Below, in pieces: positions 1 to 13,577 of a DNA stretch of 64,000 nucleotides (its first letter is position 1; each line of letters opens with the position of its first letter). A model generated the notes under the pieces. That model did not search any database. It had not been told where the DNA came from and saw only the letters and a program-made list of their open reading frames with translations. Made by a program: the position numbers and the translations under genes. This DNA comes from Octopus sinensis (Eukaryota), in the NCBI RefSeq assembly GCF_006345805.1, contig NC_042997.1, positions 137,578,001-137,642,000 on the forward strand, in the 5' to 3' direction.

Positions 1-610
1 ATGCGGCATCATTTACTAGCTCGTTTCTTGATTTCTTTAATGCTCTTTTAAATGTATCCTCGAACTATTCTATTTGCCCATTTGATCTTGGATGATATGG
101 TGGAGTAAAGATGTGTTCAATTGTGTACATTTGCCAAAATTTTTTAACTCAAACTGCGTACCGTTATTGGATACCATGGTGTCCAGGACACCATATCCTG
201 CAAAGAGTTCATGAAGCAATTATATTGTTACCATAGAGGTTTGTTTCCTACATCTACATATTTTCAGCCACTTAGTGTAACTATCTACTATAATCAGGTA
301 ATACATGCCATTTACTTTTCCAGCAGAATCTGTATGAAGCCTGGTCCATGGACTGTTGGTTTTAGGCCACAGTTGGAATTTTACTGGTGGTGACTTATCT
401 GCAAGGGCACAACCTCTGCAAGATTTCACTGGCTCTTCAATGTCTCAGTTCATTGTAGGCCAATATATGTAACTTCTTATTAGTGATTTCATTCTCGTTA
501 CCACCTTTATATCCTTCTATACATTGGATATATATTCATGAAGTGGGGATAGATACAACTGTTTTCACATGACATACTTCAAATTACTCCACTAAGCATG
601 ATATTCCAAT
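1..610 (-). mobile_element. Ty3/Gypsy LTR-retrotransposon integrase relic with frameshifts and stops; runs off the left edge
   Basis: Minus-strand translation gives integrase zinc-binding and core motifs: RMKSLIRSYIYWP..CRGCA, WTRLHTDSAGKVNGMYYLIIVDSYTKW, MVSNNGTQF, TPPYHPRSNGQ.E.F..TFKRALKK. Confidence 0.85.
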
Positions 611-1852
611 AAATGCAAACTCTCAATGATCTCAACGACTTCCTACAGCCTTCATGAACTCTCAATGACTCCTATGATATCTGTCATCTCAACCAATACT
701 CTACTCTTTATAAGAGTTCAGCTAGACCATTCTTCCAATCCCACAAGGGTGTCAATGACTCTCGCCACAACAAAAGTAGAAACTGCAAAGCCCCTAAAAA
801 CCAGAAGAAAGAAACGTTGCAAAGCTTAAAAGAAGAGAACAATCTAACCTGAGAATGGTTGTATGTATATGATGTAAAAAAAGGGAATCATATATTGCTA
901 TGGAACGAAATTTCCACAGTAGTTGTTAGTGAATCACAGTGGAAACTTAGGAAAATCAAAGAAGCATATAGAAGAATATAGCATTTCATCTGTCTGTATG
1001 ATCTGAATTCAAATTCTACTGCAGTTGCCTTTGCCTAGGTCAATAAAATAAGTGCCAGTTGAGCACTGGGGTTAATATAATCAACTACATCCTCCCCTAG
1101 AATTGCTGGCCTTGTACCAAAATTTGAAATTAATATTACTGTCATTTATGGAAAATATATTTAAATAATATAACATCAAGTTGTACATTGTGTTTGTAGA
1201 TAAGTGTTCATATCCTTTGTTTAGAAATAAAGTTTTCTCATTTGAATTCAATCCAGTATTGTGTACATATCATCATCATCATCATCATCATGATATTGTG
1301 TACATATCCAGGAATAAAATGCCTGGTGATGATTGGAGATTAATAATTTGTAAAATTATAATCTTATTAACTTAATATTGAGCATCAACTGTGTACCAAA
1401 TATTTCCATTATCATGAAAACACTACAATCCAGTATAATAAAGACACTGAGTTCATGATACCAATATTGCATATACAATGGTAACTAAACTAGATAATAT
1501 TCCTTTTTCTATTGTAGAGTTCTTTCTTCTAAAGAAATGTATTTCTTGTGTCAATATTGAAATTGGTTTGCTGGAAAATTAATTTAAAACACAATTCCCC
1601 TGTCACACCTTGGGGTTTCTATGTGGTATCTTAACATTTTAGAAATAATAGCTAAGCCAACCTAAAAATACACTCTAAGCATCTTAGAAGAATAGGAGTC
1701 CCTTGGGATAATGCTGTCAGATAAAGGAAAATGGGATGGTCATGACAGGAAGGCCATGGACTGAATGGCCTACCTGTTCTGTTCAGGGCTGACTTGGACG
1801 TCAAACAACAACAGCATGACATTATATCCTTAAAATCTTTATCAAAGTGTGT

Positions 1853-1904
1853 GTGTGTGAGAGTGCACACATGCGCACATGCAATAGAGAGAGAGAGAGA
1901 AAAA

Positions 1905-1961
<57 letters not shown>
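1853..1961. repeat. (TG)n/(AG)n compound microsatellite
   Basis: Directly visible; produces the SLSLSL and ERERER ORFs. Confidence 0.95.
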
Positions 1962-1963
<2 letters not shown>

Positions 1964-2993
1964 GGATGAGTTATTAGAGTAACAGCTAAGTGATTGAATA
2001 GTCATCATTTTGTATCTTATCACTGATGCTGCACCGTATCTATAACTAAGATACTTAATATTTTCTGGCACACTCAACCCAAATGTGACACAGGATGTGC
2101 ATGTTATTACTTTTAAAAGTGGAAGTATAATATAGCTAATAAGTGTATATTTTGACTCACATTGCTGAATTCAAATGTACAATGTGTATAGCTTTGATGT
2201 CAGTAGGGAAAATGACCTATTCATAAATGTCAAGCGATTGACTGTTTTAACTCTTGCATGGAATAAATATTGATTGATTGATATGTAAATATGAGAGCAT
2301 ATGTGTGATTATATTGATTAAATGCTGTTGAAATATATCAATTAGAAACACTTTCCAGTACCAGTTAATGAAAGAATTAGTTTGAAAATCTCATCAGGAA
2401 AGGACATATAACTGTGCAATATAAATATAAGCTCAGATTGTTATAATTGCATTCTTACTCAGAAAATGTCAGCATTGCTACCACCACTGCAAATCTACTC
2501 TTACTTCTGTCCTTTTTCTATGCTTGTGAAAGGCAAATATCGGTAATAACTGTTGCTGGAGAGAGATTCTTTGGGTTGTTTATGTTGGTTTACTTACAAT
2601 TAGAAAATAAGTTGGAGCACAAGCCTGAGTAAGGATAAAACTGGAGTCCAGTTATGGCAGAGACAAATATAATTAATAAACAAACCATTGTCATTATTGT
2701 GGTTAGCATTGCTACTATAATTGCTTCTTTGCTTCCTCCTCCTCATCAATGTTAAGAACATTTTTTCATTCTTTGTTTTCAATATCCTTGGAATTTTGGG
2801 ATATTGTCACATGATAGAGTGTTTATATGTTGTTGTATGATTTGTACCAAGTGTTTTGATATTTTGATAAGTTTTTGGAGAATTTACTCTCAAGGAAAGC
2901 ATGGATGATAGAACTTATTATTTATGTCACTCTCCTATGAAGTGTGGCAGCTTTATCTTTTTAGAGGCCATTGAAATAACAACAATATTCTAA

Positions 2994-3206
2994 CAAGGTG
3001 GCAAGCTGGCAGAATTGTTAGTACATCAGGCAAAATGCTAAGTGGCATTTTGTTGTCTTTGCATTCTGAGTTCAAATTCTGCTGAGGTTGACCTTGCTTT
3101 TCATCCTTTTAGGGTCAATAAAATAAGTACCAGTTGAGCACTGGGGTCGATGTAATCAACTTTTCCCCTCCCCCCAAATTGCTGGCCTTGTGCCAGAATT
3201 TGAAAT
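2994..3206 (+). mobile_element. tRNA-derived SINE, family A (ggcaagctggcagaa...gagttcaaatt...tttgaaa)
   Basis: Multi-copy in the window; flanked by an 11-bp TSD caatattctaa (2983-2993 and 3207-3217). Confidence 0.85.
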
Positions 3207-4329
3207 CAATATTCTAAAAACAATATTCCCCAACAGTAGTCATTCCTTTATGCTTCCAGTCAAAAAGTCCTTATGCTCAAGAAAGATATTGTTCTTTACG
3301 GTTGTGTTTAGCCCCAGTGTTCTATCCATGAATATCCTGTCCTTTCTTTTTAAGATTGCAGGATGTGATTTAAGGGACTTTTGGCTGCTAGCTCTAGCAA
3401 GTTGGACTTCTTCATTGGCTCTTTACTCTATTAGGCTTAATACTCAGAATCTTTTCTGTTTGGCTTTCATTTTTCAATTCCTTCAATTTTGTTCCAATTA
3501 ATTTCAAATTTGATGTATTGCTGTAGTTTTGTATACTAATTATGAAAATGAAATTCCTTTATGTCATAAATTAATAAATAAAAAATTAATGCTTTTAAAG
3601 TTGGAAAATTTTGGGCAATTTTAGCCAATTTTAGCAAATTTTAGCCACAGACATATAGGTGCCTGTTTCTGTAGTAACAAACCAAGCTATTGTGTAGTTG
3701 CTTACCTGTACATTGCTGTCCTGTCTACCATTCTATGGATGTCTCATATCTGCAAGTTTGTGTGGTGCAGGAGATATGGAAATTGTTATTTCTTTGACAA
3801 ACTCTTGGAGTGCATCGCAAACTTTCGTGTTTGAGTTTTTACTGCAAAATATGTATTGTTTACATGAACTACAGTTTGCTTTTTGTAATTAACATTGTTT
3901 CAGTTTCATTTTTTTTCTTCTTTTTTTGGTAATCTTCCCCATTACATGCCTATTCCAACATTTCATATGACTTTATTCATTAAAGCTTATTAAAAAAAAA
4001 CTTCTGTCAAATGTTTTGTCGTCGTAATGTCGTCATCATGCACAAAATGCCAGCTTCCAAATCTTGTTTTCTGATTGGGTAAAAATGATAAAACTTTAAA
4101 CCTCTAACATTTTTCTAAAATTTTTCTGGAACAATATCAGATTCAGCATGAAAATTTACATCAATATGCCAGATTTGAAATTTTTCACTTAATTTTAAAA
4201 TTTCAAAAAGTGAAACCAAACAGAAAAGATCCTTCCTCTCTGTAAGTGAGTTATTAATACTGTTTTCTGATGAATAAGCCACATTCAGAGTTCACCTTAA
4301 AATACCAGCATACTTCAAACTAGCTACTT

Positions 4330-4560
4330 TATGAAACTAGTCTTGATGCTTCTTAAGAGAAATGGCAAAATAAAGTCTGACAGGAAATGGTTGTCTCTTG
4401 AATTGAAAAAGAGGGTTTACTGAAGTCTATGGCATACATGATTGCAGGTTGTTGTTACTGCTGCTGTTGATTTCATACAGTGATTTTCTGCTGAGTGGAT
4501 TGCACCTCATTTCCAATAATATTTGGCAATAAGTGCTTTCAGGAAGTTATACTTCTTTTC
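4330..4560 (-). mobile_element. Helitron helicase C-terminal relic
   Basis: Minus strand 4420-4337 translates as VNPLFQFKRQPFPVRLYFAISLKKHQD*, resembling the Helitron/PIF1 motif PFQFKRLQFPVRLAFAMTINKAQGQ. Confidence 0.55.
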
Positions 4561-6158
4561 AGGTTTGTGTGGATGAGTAGAAAACAAGAAAATGACCACA
4601 GACTATAAATATAGTAGTTTAAAAAAGAGAAAATTAGTAAATTAAGACAAATTAATATATTGGGAAATTATGAACTGAGATTTTTAAAACAAATTAAAAA
4701 GCTTAAAAATTATAATTTTAACAGAAATAGTTTATAGTAGTTGTAGTTCAAATGTAGTACAGTGAATAAAATGGTTAAAACAGAGAACTTATACTTTCTT
4801 TGAAGAGGTATAATGTGTAAACTGAATTACAGATGCAAAACAATATCAATATTAAGAGCAAATAGTAGTGTATAAATGCTGTTTACACATGCAATGCAAA
4901 GTAAACTAATATTACAAAATTTCTTATAGTAAAATTGTGTAGAAATTTTGTTTTGCTGAATAATTCAAACTATATTATAAATCTCAACTGCAAGTCTAAA
5001 CTAATGAAACCTATAATGATGCAATTTTAAGTGTGGCATCTTAAAATTAAGAACACCCAACAAAATGTAAGAATGAACATTTTGTATTATCTAATGTCAA
5101 AGTTATTCTCAGTGACAGTGTTTTAGATATGAGGGAGCCTCTAAACAAATGCTTAACCTGCTACAAATAGAAACCAAATTTTCTCAAACCACATCTAACT
5201 GTCTTAAAAAAGGAAGTATATAGTGAATATGCAGTTTTCTACATTCAAAAGACAGGATTGTTGCAGCTGAGATGCCTTTGATCTTAGGACTGCTTGATCA
5301 GGTTTAGCCTGGGACTAAATAACATATTTCAGCTTTAGGTGGGTGAGTAGTCAGTCTGTGAGCAATAAAAGGTGGATTTTCACATGCATCTTATTTTATG
5401 CATAAAATTAATATTATTTTGAAAATCAAGTCTATAACCTGTTGTTGAATCTTATTTTTAACCATTTCCATTCAGTTTAGTCATTAATGGCCTTGGGAAA
5501 GACACAGTTACCACAATACTCATTTCTCCCATCCCATAAAAATTAGAAATCATTATTCTTGTGTGTACCACCTTAGGATCCAAGTCTTTTGGCCATAGGT
5601 AGGTTTGTTTGCTCAGGCCTCACCTAGAGTTAAAAAATAAAAAATAAAACTGAGTTGTAGATTGATTTTTCTAGGCTTTTAGCTTTCTTTTACTACTTAA
5701 TACTTTGTGAAAGGTTTGAATGTTACAACTACATTTTCTTGTCCATCTATCTGAAGCTTTTTAAACAATAAAGAAGCTATTAAAGAAAATTATTGATTCT
5801 TTTTTTTCCCTCTCTTGACTCCCTCCACACTAGAACATTCTGCAAACTGATTAAAATCTGTGAAAAATACTTGAAACAGAACAATAAACATAAACAGAGT
5901 TGTTACGTATTCTGCTAACTGTCCCAATTGGTGGTAAGAAGTAATGTTGATGTGGAGTCAAGAGAAATCCAATAAGTAATTAAATTTTCACTAGTACAGA
6001 TGTGAATAATTTCTTCCCCACTGGCAAAAAATTGTTTTCTTTGAGTTGATAATTGTTGATAAATAAATAAAAAAAGACTGAAAATTTGTTTAAAAAATTC
6101 TGCTCAAATATCTGTTTTGGTTTATTTTGATTGATTGATTATTGTTAAAATTAAATAG

Positions 6159-6377
6159 CATCATATGGTGGCAAGCTGGCAGAATTGTTAACACACTGGG
6201 TAAAATGCTTAGTGGTACTTTGTCTGTCTTTATGTTCTGAGTTCAAATTCTACTGAGTTTGACTTTGCCTTTCATCTTTTCCAGGATTGATAAAATAAGT
6301 ACCAGTCGAGCACTTGGGTTGATGAATCAACTTACTCCCCCACTGAACTTGCTGGCCTTGTACCAAAATTTGAAACC
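6159..6377 (+). mobile_element. SINE family A
   Basis: Same sequence family as 2994-3206; 12-bp TSD aaaattaaatag (6147-6158 and 6378-6389). Confidence 0.85.
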
Positions 6378-6589
6378 AAAATTAAATAGTTTTATAATAA
6401 TTCTAGTTTGCTAGTTGTAAGGCTCAGAGTTTCAAGTATTGCTACAGGCTGTTGCACAAAGTACATTACTGAGCAGCTTGTTGGTACCAATTTTGTTGGC
6501 AAGATAGAGTATACTACTAAGCATTTTGCCTGGTACACTAACAATTCTTCCAGCTCGTTGCCATAATAATAATGATGATAGTAATTATC

Positions 6590-6790
6590 ATTTCTACTAA
6601 AGGCATAAGGCCTGAAATTTTAGGGGAGGAGACTAGTCAATTACATTGACCCAGTGTTTCACTGGTACTTAATTTATCAAATCCAAGTCAATCTTGGTGG
6701 AATTTGAATTCAGAATGTAAGGATGAACAAAATGCCACTTAAACATTTCCTCCAGCATGCTAATTATTTTGCCAGCTTGCTGCCTTAATA
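6590..6790 (-). mobile_element. SINE family A
   Basis: Reverse complement of family A. Confidence 0.75.
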
Positions 6791-6796
6791 ATATTT

Positions 6797-6833
<37 letters not shown>

Positions 6834-6835
<2 letters not shown>

Positions 6836-7388
6836 GCCCTGATGCAGTACCAGGCAGTGGCTCTCATGGCTTCTGATCTTAACTGATTGGAAATGTTATC
6901 ATGTACATTGTTTTGTCTTGGTATAAAAGATGGGCTACAGCAAATATTCTGCTCAATACCACAGATTTGCTTGTCAGTTGTTTGACCTTAACCAGTTGAG
7001 CATGTCCCTTAGTGGTTGACGATATGTGCATCTCTGATCACGAGCAGAAGTAGTGGGGGAGCATCATAGCCATGTGTTGAGAGGGATTCTTTGGGGTTTG
7101 AATAGTTCACCTCTGGAAACATGGGTGGTTCCTTCAACATCCTTAAACAACCTTATTCAGGGACCGTTTGAGCGGGATGGGCTACTCAACCTGAAGAAAA
7201 TTCTAACTGGGCCCCACCTGCAAGGTCATGTGCTGTTTATCTTGATATGAGATCACCATGTCGCGCACATATGGTTGTGATGCATGTGCCTGGTGTACCC
7301 TTATCAGACGGGTAGTCATGATGGGTATATTGGGCTTCGTATATTTTACCCCAGTGTCACTTTGATGGCATGCACTGCTCTCTCACTC
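6834..7388. mobile_element. ~555-bp non-coding element inserted in an (AAT)n tract; possibly a Dong/R4-type microsatellite-targeting non-autonomous retroelement
   Basis: GC-richer block bounded on both sides by long (AAT)n runs; no convincing ORF. The family assignment is inferred from the known (TAA)n targeting of Dong elements. Confidence 0.5.
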
Positions 7389-7434
7389 AATAATAATAAT
7401 ATAATAATAATAATAATAATCATAATAATAATAA

Positions 7435-7590
7435 TCCTTTCTGCTATAGGCACAAGACCTGAAATTTGGGGGGTATAGTCGATTACATTGACCCCCTGTG
7501 TTTCACTGGTACTTAATTTATTGACCCTGAAAGGATAAAAGGCAAAGTCGACCCCAACAGAATTTGAACTCAGAATGTAGCAACAAGGAG
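7435..7590 (-). mobile_element. SINE family A
   Basis: Reverse complement of family A. Confidence 0.7.
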
Positions 7591-8497
7591 TGTTTAACAT
7601 TGTAGATTTTTTAAAAGCACTTAAAAGTCAGTGTGTATTTGTAAATATTCATTAACTTATGTTAGTGCTCTGATGTAGACAGCTGTCCTCACTTTTAAAC
7701 AGCTCCTAGTTTTATTAAAAAAATTGCAGGATGTGCATATGTATTGTAGGAGTCACAGCGTGGTGTTAAAGCCTCAGTGGAGCTAGTCACCCTAAGTTTG
7801 TTAATTAGTTACCAGATGGTAATTCTTTCACTTAAGTTCCAAATAAACGGACTTATTTCTCTCAGTGAATTATATGATTTGATACTTAAAATTGAAATCT
7901 TTTAAAAGATATTTGTTTTGTTTCTTATTCAAATCTTGTTTTTCAGGACATAGATGTATGTAGAAGACTATCAAACATCTGTCTCAAGATACGCATATAA
8001 ATACTCATACATCCACATATGTGCACATTACTTTTATACATACTTTTACACTCATGGATAAACATAAATGCATTCAAATCCATAATGGAGATTATATTTT
8101 TTAGCCGTATTTCTGCAAATATTAACAATAAAGACAGTAAAAGCGAAACAATTTAACCAGGTTAATCAAACTAAATAGAGGAGACTGAGAAACTACAGAT
8201 GTTATCTAAATTCTATAGTTATTCATTGCTCCACTCGCTATTGTTATACCTGAATGTTTGTTTAACATCTAACTTTAAATCTCAACTACTTTATGCTTTA
8301 ATCTGATAACATTTCAAAGGTTTATTTGTTAGTTTGTTGTAGCTGTTTAGTCCTAGGTCAGTCTTGGTCAAGCAAGATTATGATCAAAAGTATTTCAAAT
8401 ATGACCATCTCCCATTTTGTACATCAGGGACTCCATTGTCCAATGTGTACCTCTTTATTTAAAGAAATAACAAAGAATAAAAATATAGTATATATAT

Positions 8498-8529
<32 letters not shown>

Positions 8530-8544
<15 letters not shown>

Positions 8545-8815
8545 TATATTATCAGCCTCGTCTGGCACCTGTGTTGGTGGAACATAAAAAACACCATCTG
8601 AGCGTGGCCATCTGCCAGCCTTGTCTGGCACCTGTGTCGGTGGCACATAAAATCACCCACTACACTCTCGGAGTGGTTGGCGTTAGGAAGGGCATCCAGC
8701 TGTAGAAACACTGCCAGATCTGACTGGCCTGGTGCAGCCTTCGGGCTTGCCAGACCCCAGTTGAACCGTCCAACCCATGCTAACATGGAAAGCGGACGTT
8801 AAACGATGATGATGA
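8530..8815 (+). mobile_element. RTE-tail-type SINE, family C (…ggacgttaaacgatgatgat)
   Basis: Multi-copy; its 3' end resembles the tail of the RTE fragment at 45290-45600; (GAT)n tail. Confidence 0.8.
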
Positions 8816-9539
8816 TATATATATATATATTATATATATATATATTATTTGTTACAAAGAAAAGGAAAGTTAACACCTGGATTTTTCCTTTCCTCACTCT
8901 CTCTCTTCTCTATTTTGAAAAAAGAGACTATGTCTAAATTATGCTGATAATTTTCCTTTTCTTCACATTAGATACAAATATTCTTACATTACATTTATTT
9001 TTATTCCATTTTATTCCTTTTGGCTTATTGCTGCTGGTGTAGAAGCTTTAATGGATTGTTTTAATTTGAAATTTTAACTTCTTTATTTAAGGTCATATAA
9101 TGTGATTTGAGAAAGATTTGGATGCTATTACTTGTAGGTTTAGCTAGTTTGGATTGCTTGTTTGTGAGTTTGTCATGTGTTTGGATACTGATCATGCTAG
9201 TAACCAAAGCATACTAGAAATCAGGGGTTACTTTGCTAAGTAAGATTTACACATTTACTATAACTGAATTGTCTCGAGAGTTTCTATTAGATATTTGTTC
9301 ATACAAATGCCATTTCTCTTCCAATAAAGTCATAAAATAAAATATAGATGCTTCCTCAGTCTTGAAATGCATCTAAAAGAAGCCATAGTTAGGCTTCTTT
9401 AGAAGTAGAAAATACTTAAGAACTGATCATTTGCTGGCAATGTGCTAAGCTCTAGTGTGACTGATGGAGTGTTACTTATGTGTCTAAGACTCTGTTACTA
9501 TTAACAGAAAAACAACTGAGACCACATCCTATTAAAGGC

Positions 9540-9830
9540 CATCTGATTATCTGTCAGAGAGTCATTCACTAAAACACCACAATAACTAGCTTGAAGATGC
9601 TCTCTTTCGCTTTGCTTATTCTGTGTAGAAGTGCCCCTCCAAGCTTACAAGCTATGGTATTGCTTTCAGCCAAGTCCACATGTCTCTTATTTTATCAGTG
9701 TTCCTTCTATGTCTCATGTCCTCTAGTCCTACACTAATACTTTTCCTAAGCATTCTGTAATCTTTTGGAATTCCCTTCCTGCTCACTTTTTTCCCCACAT
9801 GTTGACTGAGACAGAAACAATGAAAACCCT
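9540..9830 (+). mobile_element. CR1/Jockey-type LINE, 3' RT remnant
   Basis: Decayed C-terminal motif (…LWNSLPAHFFP), similar to the 3' end of the minus-strand copy at ~10620-10700. Confidence 0.45.
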
Positions 9831-11387
9831 ATAATTGCCTATGATCAAACAGTCTATCTTAATCTAGCTGAATATTTTATTTCTGTTAAGAGATTCTAAA
9901 ACAAAGATGAAAAGCTGTTGTCTGAATGTTCATATATTCAACTTTGCTACAAATGTTGTTTTTATCTTAGTTTTGACTCCTTATTCTGTTTGCTTCAGTC
10001 TCTCCAGTTCACAACATAGGAGTAACTTCTCTAATTTCCAAAATTAGAGGTTGTTAGTAAGAAGGGCACTCAATGTTTTCTGCATTAATATAAAATTAAA
10101 TGAACAGTTTAATTTAACCAATAAAACAACTGAAGCAAGAAGGTTCTATGCACTAGGCTGATGGTGAAGCTTTAAGATAGACTATTATGATTTTAAATTA
10201 TTGGTGCTTGTAATATGTTTTGAAAAGACTGCAATTTAGAAATACTTATTCAGTTTATTGTATAATGTATTCTAATAAACTCATTCACAGTATATCAAAG
10301 GAAACAAAATACATAAATAAGACCAAAAAAATTAAAATAAAAACGCGTAAGAATAAATGCTATTAATGAATTAGAGGGATCCACAGAGTTGGTACATAAC
10401 TTTGATTTCTTGAGTATTAAGATCTCTTTGGACAGAGTCTACCACAAGTAACATGTCCAGAAAATGCTGTTATTTATATTTCATCTAGATGAACTGAGGT
10501 AACAGAGATGTAAATGTTCTGTTTGAAAAAAAAAAAAACACTAAAATCTTTCTATTTTCTTAAATATATAACTTAGTTAAGGAAGGATGGTTGATGTTCA
10601 GTTTGCACATTGAAAGGAAATTTAAAAGTGTGTCTGAAGGGAAGTCATGGTTGGGAAGTGAATTCCAGAGGATTGCAATAGTGAAAGGTTTCTTCAATTT
10701 TAAACTGTATCCCTAAGTTTAGACAACAACTTCAGTCTGTGACTGATGGACTGAGTGGAGAAGGTGTGCTGACAGCCTGTACTCTGAAGGGAAGGCTATT
10801 GAGATAATGCCAGAAGCAGAGGGAGAAGACAGTGCATCTGTGAACTAGTTCGTTGAAGTCAATCAGTGATGGTCCTTGAGGAGATATTTCAGGTCTGACA
10901 AGAGAAGGCACTATTTAGATGTAGAAATATAAAGTTGAGTGAGGGATGGTATCATCTGCATAGGTGTGTCTGTTGTTAGGGGAGACAGCAAGTAGGTTGT
11001 TAATGTGCAAGAAGGAAGAGTGTGGGAAACATTACAGAATATAAGTTTCACCCAGATAGAATGTGGGTTAGACAATACCCCATTGGTCCACACTGACAGG
11101 AAACTTCCAAGCCAAGAAATGAGAAATGCAATTGAGTTAGTAGGTTGAGTTAGCTGAAAGCTTTGCTGATGTCAGGTACAACGATATTGTTTTTGATGCA
11201 GTTCTCAAAAGTGAAAGTTTAGTGGGGTGTGACAAAGGAAAGCAAGTTACCAGTAGGTTTGGTATATGAAGGCTGATGAAGGAGAAAAGCAAAGGGATGA
11301 AGTGATTAACAGCTGTTACTATCACCATTGAAATATTTGAAATGTGTGTGAGAGATAGATACACACACACACACATATATATATATG

Positions 11388-11621
11388 TTAGATGAAATGA
11401 GGTACTCAGAAATTCGGATGGTTTTATATTTACAGATATTTATTTGTATGTTACATGTTTTTATACATCATATATCATATATTAGCACTTTCATCCATTC
11501 TAGTGGAGTTGTCAAATTGAATTCAATAACATACAAATAAATATTTGTAAATATAAAGCCATCTGAATTCTGAGTACCTCATTTCTTCTAATATAAAATA
11601 CTTGTACATCATCTCCAAATC

Positions 11622-11624
<3 letters not shown>
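11388..11624. mobile_element. Inverted-repeat element with one-sided extension, in a (TA)n tract
   Basis: ~65-bp imperfect inverted repeat (11388-11453 and 11527-11591) plus a ~33-bp extension on the right only; flanked by TA repeats. Confidence 0.7.
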
Positions 11625-11685
<61 letters not shown>

Positions 11686-11701
11686 TATATTATATATATA
11701 T

Positions 11702-11740
<39 letters not shown>

Positions 11741-11743
11741 TAG

Positions 11744-11793
<50 letters not shown>

Positions 11794-11800
11794 AAGGTGA
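11625..11800. repeat. (TA)n-(GATA)n-(GA)n compound microsatellite
   Basis: Directly visible. Confidence 0.95.
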
Positions 11801-13577
11801 GTGAGAGTGAAAGAAGTTAGTTGGCTCAGTTAGAGACATTATCTTTTTTTCTGAATGGACACAGTTTGTAGCAACAAAAATAGTAGGTAGTTTTATTGAA
11901 TATTATAAAATGATTAACTGCCTATTGCCTTGTTGAATTAGAACATTTGGCAACTTTGCATATGGTGGTGAGATTGAGGGCATTGAAAAGAGAGCTTAGG
12001 AGGACTTTTGTTGAGTGCATGCAGTGTGGATTTTGATGTGAAGTGGACAGCATTGTGGATCCTGTTTCAGTGAGAGGACTGTTAGCAAAAGTATCTTGGT
12101 TGCAAAGTGGTGAGTAGAAGGAATTTGAAAAGTTGGTAGTGACTTTGTTTGTAAGGTATCAGAAGGCTGTCTGGCAGTTTAAGAGATAAGAGAGCTTGCA
12201 GATTGTGTGGTGCATAAAGTTTCAATATTTTACAAGAATAAACTAGCTGTGATGTACTTGTGAGTAGAAGTTTCCTGGTAATTATGGGGAAAACTTCAGG
12301 CATGCTCTTTGCTCCCAGTGATCCAGATTTTAATCCACATGGTTTCTTTGCTTTAACAGAATGAATATTACTGATATTAGTTTCTGAAATGTTCCTTGGG
12401 ACATGAGTACTTTTGAATTGTGCCTACATTTTTATTTGAAATTAATGTAGTTCGATGATTTTATTCACTATTATGTTAGTAATTTTTGTTAAGTAAAACT
12501 ACTAGTATGTTTAGAGCTAATTGTTCTCTAGTATTGATTATCTTCAGTATTCATTCAAAGAAAAATAATCCTTCAAGCCAAAAACTTCAGCATTATTAAA
12601 TTATAAAATACTTTGGCTTCCAAAAGTTCTTTTAAATCTTTAAATCTGGATTATCTTAGATTAAAAACTAAAATTAGTATCTTTGTGTTGAATTAAAATG
12701 GAGGAGTTAATTTTAGATAACTGAATGTCTAATCCAGTGAAACAAATCAATAGATTTACTTTGATATAGTGTGTAGGAAGACAGTAAGGCTTTATAGATC
12801 ATCATGACATTATAGATTTTCCTTTTACTGTTTGGAATAAATCTAGGTAAGAAAATATTTTATTCACAGTTACAAGATAGTTGAAGGATGTTATTAAAGG
12901 TTTTATGATAGTGGAATCAAATGGATGATACAGAGTCGTCTATGATGATTTATGAGCATCTTTAATAAATTTCTGAGTTAAGGTCTCACTGAAGCTTGAC
13001 ATCCCTTTCATCTCCCTATAGTTAATTGTCAGAGATGAGTCGATCAAATAAAACTCTTTAGGAAAGAGAAAGAAATAACCACAAACAAAAAGCAACAACA
13101 AATAACACATTTTACTAAGATCAGAGATTTTATGTATATTATCATGTTTTTATGCATAGTTCAACTAGTTAATTAATGGCACTATTTCAGTTACGTAATT
13201 AGTTTGACACAGATATTTATTATCTGCAACACATTAACCATAAATGAGCCAATTTATACCATTAGCCTAATATACAGGATTCATGTTTTCAGTACTTTGT
13301 TTATCCTCGCTTCACCATAATTAGTAAATGCTATAGTAGGAGTTTGGTAAAGACAGTTGAATCTACTTTTGCTATCGTTTTACTCATCAGCCTTTCTCTC
13401 TCAATTAAGCCTGTTGTGGGTAAAGTAAATTGTTAAAATTGTTATAAAGTTGCATTCATGAGCTAAACAACATCTGTGCTATTTGAATGGAGATTATGGT
13501 GCAGTTACTAGTTTTTAGTAAATTAAACAGAATTTATTTACATCATTAATGTAAATAAATGAATGATAAAGCATCTA

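Larger units (their letters stand above)
10620..12340 (-). mobile_element. CR1/Jockey-type LINE reverse transcriptase fragment, interrupted at ~11360-11900
   Basis: Minus strand: PTGNLLSFVT, VVPDISKAF, LHINNLL…TYADDT (10948-10965), LWNSLPNHDFP. Confidence 0.75.

Noticed and set aside
5834-5933. Segment with a good polypyrimidine acceptor and a gtaaga donor
   Set aside because: All three frames contain stops; it could only be a non-coding exon and nothing else supports that.
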